Below are positions 55,819 to 64,000 of a stretch of DNA of 64,000 nucleotides, one piece after another. The notes under the pieces were generated by a model that was given only the letters and a program-made list of their open reading frames with translations, had not been told where the DNA came from and ran no database searches. The position numbers and the translations under genes are program-made. This stretch comes from Andalucia godoyi And28 (lineage: Eukaryota; Protista; Jakobida). How positions within the stretch are numbered: position 1 is the first letter of the stretch; each line of letters begins with the position of its first letter. The stretch is from assembly GCA_009859145.1 (NCBI GenBank), contig VRVR01000051.1, forward strand, positions 171,155-235,154. The letters are read 5' to 3'.

Positions 55819-56487
55819 CTACTGCTTCTCAATGATGTCGCGCACCTTGGCGAGAGACAACGGGTTCTTGACGGCAACTGCGTTGACCACCGGTGCCGGG
55901 ATCCAGCCCTTGGGGTCCACCGCAGTGACAGACGTGACGAATGTCTTGTTGGGGTCCTCAGGAGAAGGACGGAAGACCCAGCCAGACTGCTTCGTATCCG
56001 CGCGCACAACACCCTTGACTTCTGGTGCTGATGCATGAGTGGTGCTGACCGCCACAATGACCCACGATCCATCTTCCATTTTCTTGACATACCGTCCTGT
56101 CACAAAGTCTCTCTGAGAAACCATCATCGCCGGAGACTTGTACAACGCGTACTCAATCAAGGACTTTTCCTCGGCGGTATCCAGCAGGGTGTCAAGCAAG
56201 CGGCCTTCCTGCAAAGTGTCGTCCCACAGACGACGGTGGTTTACCGTGTCATAGATGAACAAAGCAACTTCGCTCGCTGGCTTGTTGATCACAACAGTGC
56301 CCTTCACCGCAGTAAACGCTGATCCAGCATCCTTCTTTCGGTACACTCTTACTCCGTTCTCCGCCTTCACAAACTCGTAGCCCGATGCCGTATCTGGGTC
56401 CGTTCCTTCCGCAGCGCCAATCGGGCTCGGGCAAAGCGCAACGATCGCCGCGACATCCGCTCGCAGAATCTCAAGTATGTCCGTCAT
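55819..56487 (-). CDS. Single START-domain lipid-binding protein
   Basis: GVRVYRK, RRLWDD, VSQRDFV, GVVRA...SGWVFRP and VDPKGWIP-x-x-VVN are START hallmarks. ATG 56487. Confidence 0.88.
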   Translation of the reverse strand: MTDILEILRADVAAIVALCPSPIGAAEGTDPDTASGYEFVKAENGVRVYRKKDAGSAFTAVKGTVVINKPASEVALFIYDTVNHRRLWDDTLQEGRLLDTLLDTAEEKSLIEYALYKSPAMMVSQRDFVTGRYVKKMEDGSWVIVAVSTTHASAPEVKGVVRADTKQSGWVFRPSPEDPNKTFVTSVTAVDPKGWIPAPVVNAVAVKNPLSLAKVRDIIEKQ

Positions 56488-57121
56488 CCTTTGATTCACA
56501 CGCGTTATGGCAAGTACAATCGGGAGTGGGGGGTGAGGGAAGTCTTATAAATAATATGCATAAATGAAGAAAGGAGAAGAATGATCAGAAAAGAGCAGAG
56601 AGAGGCAAGGAGGTCTTTTGCTTTCAAGTTGGATTCCCGAATTCCCGAATTCCCCCAATTTTCCCGATCAATCCTCAAGCTGCGAATGCGAGCCGGGTGC
56701 AGGAAACGGGGTGGTACGACTGCGGCAGAAGCGGTTGCACTCCGTGTCGGGGACCAGCATGGAGATGCATCATGCAGCGCAGCGCACAGACGCAGCAGAA
56801 GCAGATTCACAATCACTGCTTTTTGGAAACTAATGATGCCGATAGTCACAGGACTATGTACCATCGAAGTGTCATGCCCGAAACTGCAGATGCGCTTGTG
56901 ACTTGCAGCTAATTATTATTAAGTATTTTATTATTTTTCTCATTACTATTATTTTGTTTTGTTCGGCTTCATGCTAGCTTGCGAGTTTCGCAAAAACTGA
57001 CACGAGTGATGGGTGGGTGAGGCGATAATGACGCCAATTCATGCATGGGGTGTTTCGAAAAAATTAAATTAATTAAATTAAAAATGATAAGAACCAATAA
57101 AAATGCACATGCTGTATTCAT

Positions 57122-58480
57122 TCATTCTTCTTCTTCTTCGTCGTCGTCGTCGTTACGGCTGTCAGGATCGTCATCCTCCGCTTCGGCGACATTAAACGTG
57201 CTTCTGCCAATGCCGACAACTTGGCCCTTGTCAGAAACTGCAAATTCAGCAAACAATTCGCTTAGCGCATCTGTATGCACATCGTAGTTCTCCGCGTCTT
57301 TTCCAAGAATATGGCCACGAACCACATCCGGTTGGATACCATTGCTTGCGGCCCCGTCGCCGCTTTGAATCCGGCGCCAGGCCTTTTTGAGTTCGCGAAT
57401 GGACCACTGGATGACCAGCGGTCCGTATCTCGACTGAACATGCGCAAAATTCTCCCAGTCTCCGGCTTTTGAACAAATCAAAATTGCCGGTAGCAACTGG
57501 CACTTTGATGCAGCTGCTGGGTCTCTCAGCTCAAGTTCTCTTTTCATTTCGACAGCTTCGATCGGCAACATGAGACGGAGAACTGCCGGTTTGGTCTTCT
57601 TTTTGGCGCCAGAAGGGCCATACTCCGTCCATTCCGAATTTCCGTTGACGAAGTGGACTCCAAGCACCATGTCCTTCGTTGTCCACAGCACCCATCTTCC
57701 TTGCGGATCAATGCACAAGCCATTCTTCACGGGATTTCCAACGCCGGTATCAATCAGCAGGTCTGCGTTTCCATTGCCTCCGAAATTTCGAATGTAGAAG
57801 CGCACAGCGCCCTTTGCATCCAGTGTAACCACCTGGCCGTCTCCATTCGTCTTTGCATCCGCGTACTCATGAACAGTCTTCAACGTCACGGACAAGTCGT
57901 TCCTGAGCAGTCGGGAGAGCTCATCGGACGGAAGACGAATGTCGAACGTCTTGATAGCAACTGTCTGTGAAGCAGCCTTTGCACCGTCTTCTGCATGGGC
58001 ATCATACACCGCAACGATGGAATGCACGGGGTTTCCTCCAGCATGCGAAATGTATCCCTCGTCATACGCATGATTATGGATCAATGCAAAGTCGGCATCC
58101 TTCCCAGACTCTGTCCTGACGTCCACAGACCCAAGAATCAACCCTCGTTCCGTGTTGAGCATCGCAAGCTGATTCAGCTTCTGTGAGTTGTGCAGCATAA
58201 AGTCGTTTCCCATATTGTGCACCAAGAGCTCGTTTGTGTGAAAGGGAGTCCGTGACTGCCCAGGCGACATCAACTCGATTCGCTTTGATGCGCTTTCCGA
58301 GTCAAGATGCGATGAAGAAAAGAAATTCACAACCGACGAATCCGCAGCTGTTACTGCAACATCTGGGCCACCCTGGTTGTAGTACGACGCAACAGCCAGA
58401 CGACTCGCAGACGCCGGCGTCGCTGGCGTCGAAATGCGTGCAGTAAACTTTCTCGAAGGAGTACAAGGCGTCGTGGACAT
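57122..58480 (-). CDS. VID27/CYPRO4-like beta-propeller protein
   Basis: LNTERGLI, FDIRL, GQVVTLDAKGAVRFY, GNPVKNGLCIDPQGRWVLWT and GPLVIQW follow the order of Vid27 C-terminal motifs as I recall them; divergent. Confidence 0.65.
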   Translation of the reverse strand: MSTTPCTPSRKFTARISTPATPASASRLAVASYYNQGGPDVAVTAADSSVVNFFSSSHLDSESASKRIELMSPGQSRTPFHTNELLVHNMGNDFMLHNSQKLNQLAMLNTERGLILGSVDVRTESGKDADFALIHNHAYDEGYISHAGGNPVHSIVAVYDAHAEDGAKAASQTVAIKTFDIRLPSDELSRLLRNDLSVTLKTVHEYADAKTNGDGQVVTLDAKGAVRFYIRNFGGNGNADLLIDTGVGNPVKNGLCIDPQGRWVLWTTKDMVLGVHFVNGNSEWTEYGPSGAKKKTKPAVLRLMLPIEAVEMKRELELRDPAAASKCQLLPAILICSKAGDWENFAHVQSRYGPLVIQWSIRELKKAWRRIQSGDGAASNGIQPDVVRGHILGKDAENYDVHTDALSELFAEFAVSDKGQVVGIGRSTFNVAEAEDDDPDSRNDDDDEEEEE

Positions 58481-58499
58481 TTCGACGTTTTCGGCAAAT

Positions 58500-58516
58500 T
58501 CTCTCTCTCTCTCTCA

Positions 58517-58553
<37 letters not shown>
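58500..58553. repeat. Compound (CT)n(CA)n microsatellite just upstream of the VID27-like start
   Basis: Direct reading. Confidence 0.93.
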
Positions 58554-58554
<1 letters not shown>

Positions 58555-58959
58555 AAACAATTATAACAATTATAAATAAAAACAATTATTATCTCTCCTT
58601 TTGAAATTGAGCAAATTCAGAGAGGACTATGGAAAACAAAACGGAACACAAAAAGAAAATGAAATGAAAGAAATAAAGTGAAAGAATAGAGGAACAGAGG
58701 AAAAGAGGAACAGAGGAAAGAACCGGTGGCTGGTGACCACGTCCCTCACCGTACTCTACTCCACTCACGCCAGAAATTTCAGGTAGTGCTGCTCCGGTCG
58801 CCTTTTTTCATTCACACCAGTCCGTCGTCATCCATTTGGTTTTTTTTTTTTTTTTTGGGGTGCGTGTGTGTGTGTGTGTGTGCTGATTTTGTTTTGTTTA
58901 AATAATGACTGACGCCCAGGAAACTGCTTCGACCCTTCCCGAGTCCGTACACAATCCGG

Positions 58960-59892
58960 TCACGGCTGAAACGCCTTGTGTATGGCGGTCATACAGGACG
59001 CGACTTCCTGGGTCGTTCCAACACACATGAACGAGTCGATGTCCATTACAGTCCCTTCGGCAATGGGACCGTTCCAAATGCGCACAATGCTCCATTTCGT
59101 GGTGGATTGCTGGTACGGCGTTAGACCAGAGAAGTCATAATACGCATACCCTACTACTGGAAAGCGGGACATCGCTCCCATTGCATACGTGTCGTCTTGC
59201 GTTGAGAGGATGACAGGAAGTTGAGACAACAGGCCTTGGCTTTGCCCTGGTGACGGAAGATGCGTCAAATTGCGGGCATCCGCGTCGAACGAGTAAAACT
59301 TGCTGAAATCACCCGTCATGTAGCCAGTGGGACTTTCGATTTGCAAATGCGTGATGTTTTCAGGAACATGAACAGACGCCAAATATCGGAAGCTTTGACT
59401 CACGCCGAACGGATTGAAAGAGACCGTCTTGTCCATTTGGTACTTTGATGTCTTTTCCGTGTTCTGGGCACACCCGCACGCCTTTTCACAAGTGCCGGGC
59501 CACATCCAAAAGGCAGGCATGATGGAGGTGTGGAGAGCATTTCCGTCCTTGTTGACTTTCAGAATCTCACTGGACGTGTGCGTGCCGTACCCATCCTTGG
59601 ATGCCCCGGCCTCCGTCGGGTTGTAACACTCGCCAATGGTCGTTGTCACGGCCATCTGCAATTCTCTTCCGTGGTCGCAAGCATTGATGAATTGCCGATT
59701 CCTAAACACCACCGAATCGATCGCGCCTGCAGTTCTCCTGCTTACGCTAACTTCAATGCCTTCCGGGCTCTTAATAGTCCATCGCTCCGAGATGTCAAAC
59801 CCGCAGGCCACAACACCCTGTGCTTCCGAGAAGTGCAGTGTGGACACTGCAAGTATCCCGCAGAAACATATCACCAAAGTAAGCGACGTCAT
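58960..59892 (-). CDS. Secreted hypothetical protein, beta-rich (310 aa)
   Basis: Signal peptide MTSLTLVICFCGILAVSTLHFSEA; intronless; motifs AGAIDSV, DHGRELQ, YNPTEAG, PAFWMWPG and SPTGYM. Confidence 0.8.
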   Translation of the reverse strand: MTSLTLVICFCGILAVSTLHFSEAQGVVACGFDISERWTIKSPEGIEVSVSRRTAGAIDSVVFRNRQFINACDHGRELQMAVTTTIGECYNPTEAGASKDGYGTHTSSEILKVNKDGNALHTSIMPAFWMWPGTCEKACGCAQNTEKTSKYQMDKTVSFNPFGVSQSFRYLASVHVPENITHLQIESPTGYMTGDFSKFYSFDADARNLTHLPSPGQSQGLLSQLPVILSTQDDTYAMGAMSRFPVVGYAYYDFSGLTPYQQSTTKWSIVRIWNGPIAEGTVMDIDSFMCVGTTQEVASCMTAIHKAFQP

Positions 59893-59970
59893 TTCAGAAA
59901 GCGTTTTTTCCCGACAGGCCTCGAAACGAGAAGAACAAATGATTCAGACCTCCTTTTTTGCCTGTATTAA

Positions 59971-59971
<1 letters not shown>

Positions 59972-60006
<35 letters not shown>
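59972..60006. repeat. (GA)n microsatellite
   Basis: Direct reading. Confidence 0.93.
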
Positions 60007-60010
<4 letters not shown>

Positions 60011-60184
60011 GGCAGCGGAGATTTACGGACAGCGCACCTGCATTGACAAAGTCGTACGTCGCAACAACACTGAAAAGAACAATAGGGAATAAGTGCAACA
60101 CACGCAACAAAACGACAAGATAAGATGGGATAACATGACACATCACAACATGACACCAGAAGCGCGTTACGAATGCGGCGTCGC

Positions 60185-61468
60185 TCAGTGGCTTTCAATC
60201 CAATCGATAGCTCGCGACACAATGCTCGTCATGTTGGTATCTGGACCATACACTTCAATGGGGATTTGAAGTTCATCTCCGATTTGCTTCATCAACCGGA
60301 GCCCTGCCTTCTCATTCGGCCCGCCACGACGCACAAAGATCTTGAACCGACAAGCTTGCAGCTTTCCGTGAAATTCGTTGAATGCAGCAATAATCCCCTT
60401 GAACGAGCTCAATACATCCGTGAAATTGGCCACACCACCACCAAGCAACAATGCGCGGTTGTGTCCATCGGACGATCTTGTGGCGATTTTGAGAACAGTA
60501 CGGGCATACAAGTATGTTTCTTGCTCTTTTGGCGCTCCAGAATACTCGGCATAGTTTGCAAGTAACTTGCCGTATCCCATGTTGATAACCGTGTCGGCAA
60601 AAATCACAGACGCACCCCCTCCAGCTACCATAGTCCAGATGCGAGACGTGTGTGGATCATTGAGAATTGTGAACTTCAAGCTTGCGCCGGATTTCTCGTC
60701 CAATTCCTGGATACAGGACTCTTCTTCGGATTTCTCCCGGCCCCAAGGCTCCGGGAACTCCAGATTTTCTCCCCATTTCCTAACGTTCCGGAAGGACGCG
60801 TACGAATCGAGCTCCACTCGGAGATCCAGCGGAAATGCGGTGAAATTGTTCAAAATTGTAAACGGATTGCATTCCAGTAAAGTCATATCCAAATCGACGT
60901 ACACCAGGAAGCAAGCGCGGATAAATGCCGCGATTGCGTGCAACTCTTGATCTGATAGGTTCGCAGAGACAAAGAGATCCGAGATGGCAGCGTCCTCCAA
61001 CCTCTGCCCGGGAACGATCAGAATCTGCTTGACAAGATCCCAGTGCTCCTCGATGTCCATACCACCCGCCGTGGAAAACGACACCATTTCCCCTTCGCGC
61101 ACAGAGCGTATCGAGAAATAAAATTCTCTCTCATGGGGAACAAAGGGTTCGACAACAAACGATGTCATGCGACCAGTCACATCGTTGACGCAGACGGACT
61201 GACCCATACGTTCTTCAATCCAATCATGGGCTTCTTGCAATGATGCATTTAATTTGATTAGATTCTGTTTTCCTCTCTTTCCAAAGAGCATATCTGGCTT
61301 TACAACAAAGCGCGAGGATCGATCCACATCTTTGGACTGCTCCAGAAGAGTTGGTCCCCCAAGACGAACTTGATGCACAGCCAGGGGAAGAGCGAGATTC
61401 GACAGCCGAGCCGCATGTTCTCGCAACAACCGCTTTGCATCAAACTCTCGGATCTTCTTTCGTGCCAT
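60185..61468 (-). CDS. ACLA: ATP-citrate lyase, ATP-grasp subunit (plant ACLA / fungal-type split enzyme)
   Basis: MARKKIREFDAK, VKPDMLFGKRGK, GASLKFTIL, IWTMVAGGGASVIFADT, ANYAEYSGAP, GGGVANFTDV and VRRGGPN; stops after about 427 aa with no fused CoA-binding/CS half. Confidence 0.93.
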   Translation of the reverse strand: MARKKIREFDAKRLLREHAARLSNLALPLAVHQVRLGGPTLLEQSKDVDRSSRFVVKPDMLFGKRGKQNLIKLNASLQEAHDWIEERMGQSVCVNDVTGRMTSFVVEPFVPHEREFYFSIRSVREGEMVSFSTAGGMDIEEHWDLVKQILIVPGQRLEDAAISDLFVSANLSDQELHAIAAFIRACFLVYVDLDMTLLECNPFTILNNFTAFPLDLRVELDSYASFRNVRKWGENLEFPEPWGREKSEEESCIQELDEKSGASLKFTILNDPHTSRIWTMVAGGGASVIFADTVINMGYGKLLANYAEYSGAPKEQETYLYARTVLKIATRSSDGHNRALLLGGGVANFTDVLSSFKGIIAAFNEFHGKLQACRFKIFVRRGGPNEKAGLRLMKQIGDELQIPIEVYGPDTNMTSIVSRAIDWIESH

Positions 61469-62044
61469 GGATACTGTACGCTGCAATCCTTACAAAGTGA
61501 AAAAATAATAGCAAACTGATAATCAAGAAGAAAGAGTCTGAGATCCAGGAGGGAGATGGTGGTGGGAAAAAAAGAAAAAGACCTCGGTTTCCTGTGCAAC
61601 CAGAAGAAACTCGACACATCGGCCTCCACTCAACACTGCGTGCGATTTCAGCACATGGGAAGATGTCGCTTGCTTTCGACGAAAAGGATTCAGCCCTCCT
61701 TGCCCGCAGCTTGCATGGAAGAACTGGGAGCCGCGCAAGCTGCTACGAAGCGAAAAAAAAAAACTGGAAAGCTGCCAGCCTTTTTCGAGGCCCACTGATG
61801 GGCAACGATGTCCAGCGCGTCCTGCATCAAGGGCTTCAATTGATGCTCATGTTGAGTGTGGATCCTCTCTTTCACCACAATTTCTCCAGCATCCTGTTTT
61901 GCAGCTCGTTTGTTCAGATTCTTCTTTTTCTTTTCGTTCACCCTTGTTGAAAACCTCCCGAGTCGTGAGCAAAGGCAGATTCCTTTTTATTTTTTTTCAA
62001 AGAAGAAAAAAAAAAAAAGGAAAATTAAATTAAATTTAAAAAAA

Positions 62045-62599
62045 ATGGAAGTGGATCGCATGCCGCTTGAAAATACTCTGGATGAGCCGATAATCGACAC
62101 GGTGATGAGGGATTTGCGGGACATTGCCGCAAAGATATCCTACGTCCTGGTTCCGCGGAAAGGCTCTTTCGAACAGCTGCGAAGATGGGATCTATGGGGA
62201 CCAATGATTCTCTGTCTGCTTCTAGCTTCTTGCTTGTCTATTTCTGCTCCAGCTGGACAGGCGTCTCTCGTATTTGCGTCGGTGTTTGTTATCATCTGGT
62301 TTGGATCTGCGATTATCACTCTAAACTCGCAAGTCCTCGGCTCGCCTGTGTCCTTTTTCCAGACCGTGTGTATCCTTGGCTACTGTATCTTTCCTTTGGA
62401 TCTGGCTGCTTTCGTTTCGCTGTTCCTCCGAGACTTTTTTGTGTTGCGAGTCAGTTTGGTGGTGTTTTGCTTGATTTGGTCGTGCGGTGCGTCTCTTGGG
62501 TTTCTGTGGACTGCGGTGCCACCCAATCGCCGAGCACTATGCATATACCCCATTATCCTTTTTTTCTCAAGCATCTCCTGGATTATATGTGTTTCATAA
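62045..62599 (+). CDS. YIPF6: Yip1-domain protein, YIPF6/Yip4-like
   Basis: TLDEPI-x-x-T-x-x-RDL, LRRWDLWGP, TLNSQVLG-x-x-VSFFQ-x-x-CILGYC; five hydrophobic segments. ATG 62045. Confidence 0.9.
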   Translation: MEVDRMPLENTLDEPIIDTVMRDLRDIAAKISYVLVPRKGSFEQLRRWDLWGPMILCLLLASCLSISAPAGQASLVFASVFVIIWFGSAIITLNSQVLGSPVSFFQTVCILGYCIFPLDLAAFVSLFLRDFFVLRVSLVVFCLIWSCGASLGFLWTAVPPNRRALCIYPIILFFSSISWIICVS

Positions 62600-62703
62600 C
62601 AGCTGATTTATTTGCCTGTGCATTTTCGATAGGACAGTGTTTTATTTCCCCCCCCGTTCACCGCTTGGAATTCGTGTTGTCTCGTCTTCCGGCAGGAAAC
62701 GGA

Positions 62704-62955
62704 ATGCAAAGCAGACTGTCTGCAAGGATCAGCGAATACTGTGATGAGTCGATTCTTTCCGAGGATCGCCGGCGGACCGTGCAAATGCTTGTGCGTGACG
62801 TACCGGTGGCATTGTACCACAGGTTTCCGGACACGGATGGCCGCTTTGAAATCATGGCTTATGAACGGAACGTTATCACGGTGGGTCCAGAAGTCGAACG
62901 TCTGTTGTCCCCTCAGCTGGGCATCGGAACGAGGATCCTATCCGCAGAATCCTAG
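62704..62955 (+). CDS. Possible small hypothetical protein (83 aa)
   Basis: ATG ORF MQSRLSARISEYCD...RILSAES* with protein-like composition just downstream of YIPF6; no family recognised. Confidence 0.35.
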   Translation: MQSRLSARISEYCDESILSEDRRRTVQMLVRDVPVALYHRFPDTDGRFEIMAYERNVITVGPEVERLLSPQLGIGTRILSAES

Positions 62956-63778
62956 CGAAAATGAACATTTGTCCGGGGAGACAACTCGTGTTTCCTTCAA
63001 TGCAAACATGCTTTTTCAGCGGGAAAAAGCAAACCGGCAAAATCATTTTTGTTGTTTTCATCCAACTTAAAGAACGCTCTCCTCCCCTGTACCATTCGTA
63101 TTAGCAGGATCAGGCGTTGCACTTTGTGCCATCACAAATATGCACCGTTGCCACTTGTTGCGATATGATGAAGCAGTCTGAAGCACACGTAGGCAAAAAC
63201 ACTGCCACGAGCCATGCGCATGCGTTTGCTATCTTAAGTGATAGTACCAGTGTCGATCGTCGACCGCTAGGTCGCTAGACTGCGCGGCCTAATATATAAT
63301 ATCTTCCAGTTCGTTCATCATTCGTTGCACGTGTTTGTTTGTTTCATCACAATACTGTTTTCCACTCGAGATTATCATATGCCGTCTCATCCTATACACA
63401 TGCATATATATGATGATGATCAATAAAAACGCTCCAGCACCCAGTTCCCGTTGTCAGTGAGCGTAGCGAAGCTTTTCCCCCCGACCTCACGTAAGGACCC
63501 CCAATTCCGTGCGGTGTGCGTCCGTCCACCCAAATTAACAAATTTAACAGAAAAGCGTGTTGCTTTGTTCTTTTTTTGTACGCATTTAAAAACATATACA
63601 GTTTTACTTTCTTTGCAACTTCTAATCCCTTTCCACAATCAAGCCTGTGCGCCTTCTCCAGATTGTTTCAAAGAGAGACAGAAAACCGCAATCCGAGGGG
63701 TGCAGGGGGTCTCCCCTGAACGAAAAGCACAAATAAAGAAGAACAGTGTTCTTCAGCCATCATCATAAACAGAAATTG

Positions 63779-64000
63779 TCAGCATTCATTGCTCACATCA
63801 GTACAAAAAGAAAATGCTGCAGATTTGCCCATAATGACAGTCTGCAAGCTGTACAGAAGCTCCTCTTCTTTTTTAGCTGACTTCACAGTCCGAAGATCGT
63901 GTGTGTTGCAGGCACTACAATTTTTGGTTTCTCCACATGTCTCCATCCCCAATGCCCCGGATGGCGTCCCACAGGAAGATGGGCAGAACAGAAATCCGGC
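63779..64000 (-). CDS. Possible 3' end of a gene running off the window (Cys-rich)
   Basis: Open frame from nt 64000: AGFLFCPSSCG...CGETKNCSACNTHDL...DVSNEC* (TGA 63781-63779); too short to assign. Confidence 0.25.
   Translation of the reverse strand, partial: AGFLFCPSSCGTPSGALGMETCGETKNCSACNTHDLRTVKSAKKEEELLYSLQTVIMGKSAAFSFCTDVSNEC

Noticed and set aside
61590-61940. Short ORFs on both strands between ACLA and YIPF6
   Set aside because: No consistent frame or motif; fits a bidirectional promoter/UTR region.
63165-63181. C/D box-like ATGATGA...CTGA
   Set aside because: Boxes are only 6 nt apart, too close for a C/D snoRNA, with no terminal stem.
63703-63718. CAGGGG-GTCT-CCCCTG hairpin resembling rolling-circle element ends
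   Set aside because: Only a 6-bp stem, single copy, with no associated Rep/helicase ORF or terminal motif in the window.

Overview
Gene-dense, intron-poor eukaryotic (protist-type) nuclear DNA. It holds about 38 protein-coding loci (a few low-confidence), three tRNA genes (Asn-GTT, Gln-TTG, Glu-CTC), AT-rich microsatellite-filled spacers, and two spliceosomal introns with GTATGT donors that can be read from the sequence. I found no prokaryotic operons, CRISPR arrays or recognisable transposons. Recognisable genes: HIT/FHIT (with an in-frame TAG), histone H2A, histidine phosphatase, RAI1/DXO, a head-to-head PDX2/PDX1 vitamin B6 pair, an L-galactose-dehydrogenase-like AKR, UTP6, cytochrome b5 reductase, DUF1275/YoaK, FIGNL1, ACAD10/11, bacterial-type MinD with a separately encoded presequence exon, kinesin, ACSBG, RABGGTB, LYR, TPR, F-box, HADHB/FadI-type thiolase, lipin, START, VID27-like, split-type ATP-citrate lyase A and YIPF6. 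A nuclear, presequence-bearing MinD with no plastid indicators suggests a lineage that keeps the mitochondrial Min system (e.g. a jakobid-like protist); this is inference, not proof. Most interesting candidates: (1) an LRR protein followed by six tandem SCP2-like domains; (2) a HADHB-type thiolase carrying a PTS2; (3) a concentration of lipid-handling genes from 24 to 61 kb; (4) U1-A72/G73 tRNA-Asn and tRNA-Gln; (5) a secreted protein resembling bacterial hypothetical families. All family assignments come from motif recognition by eye; no database search was run.
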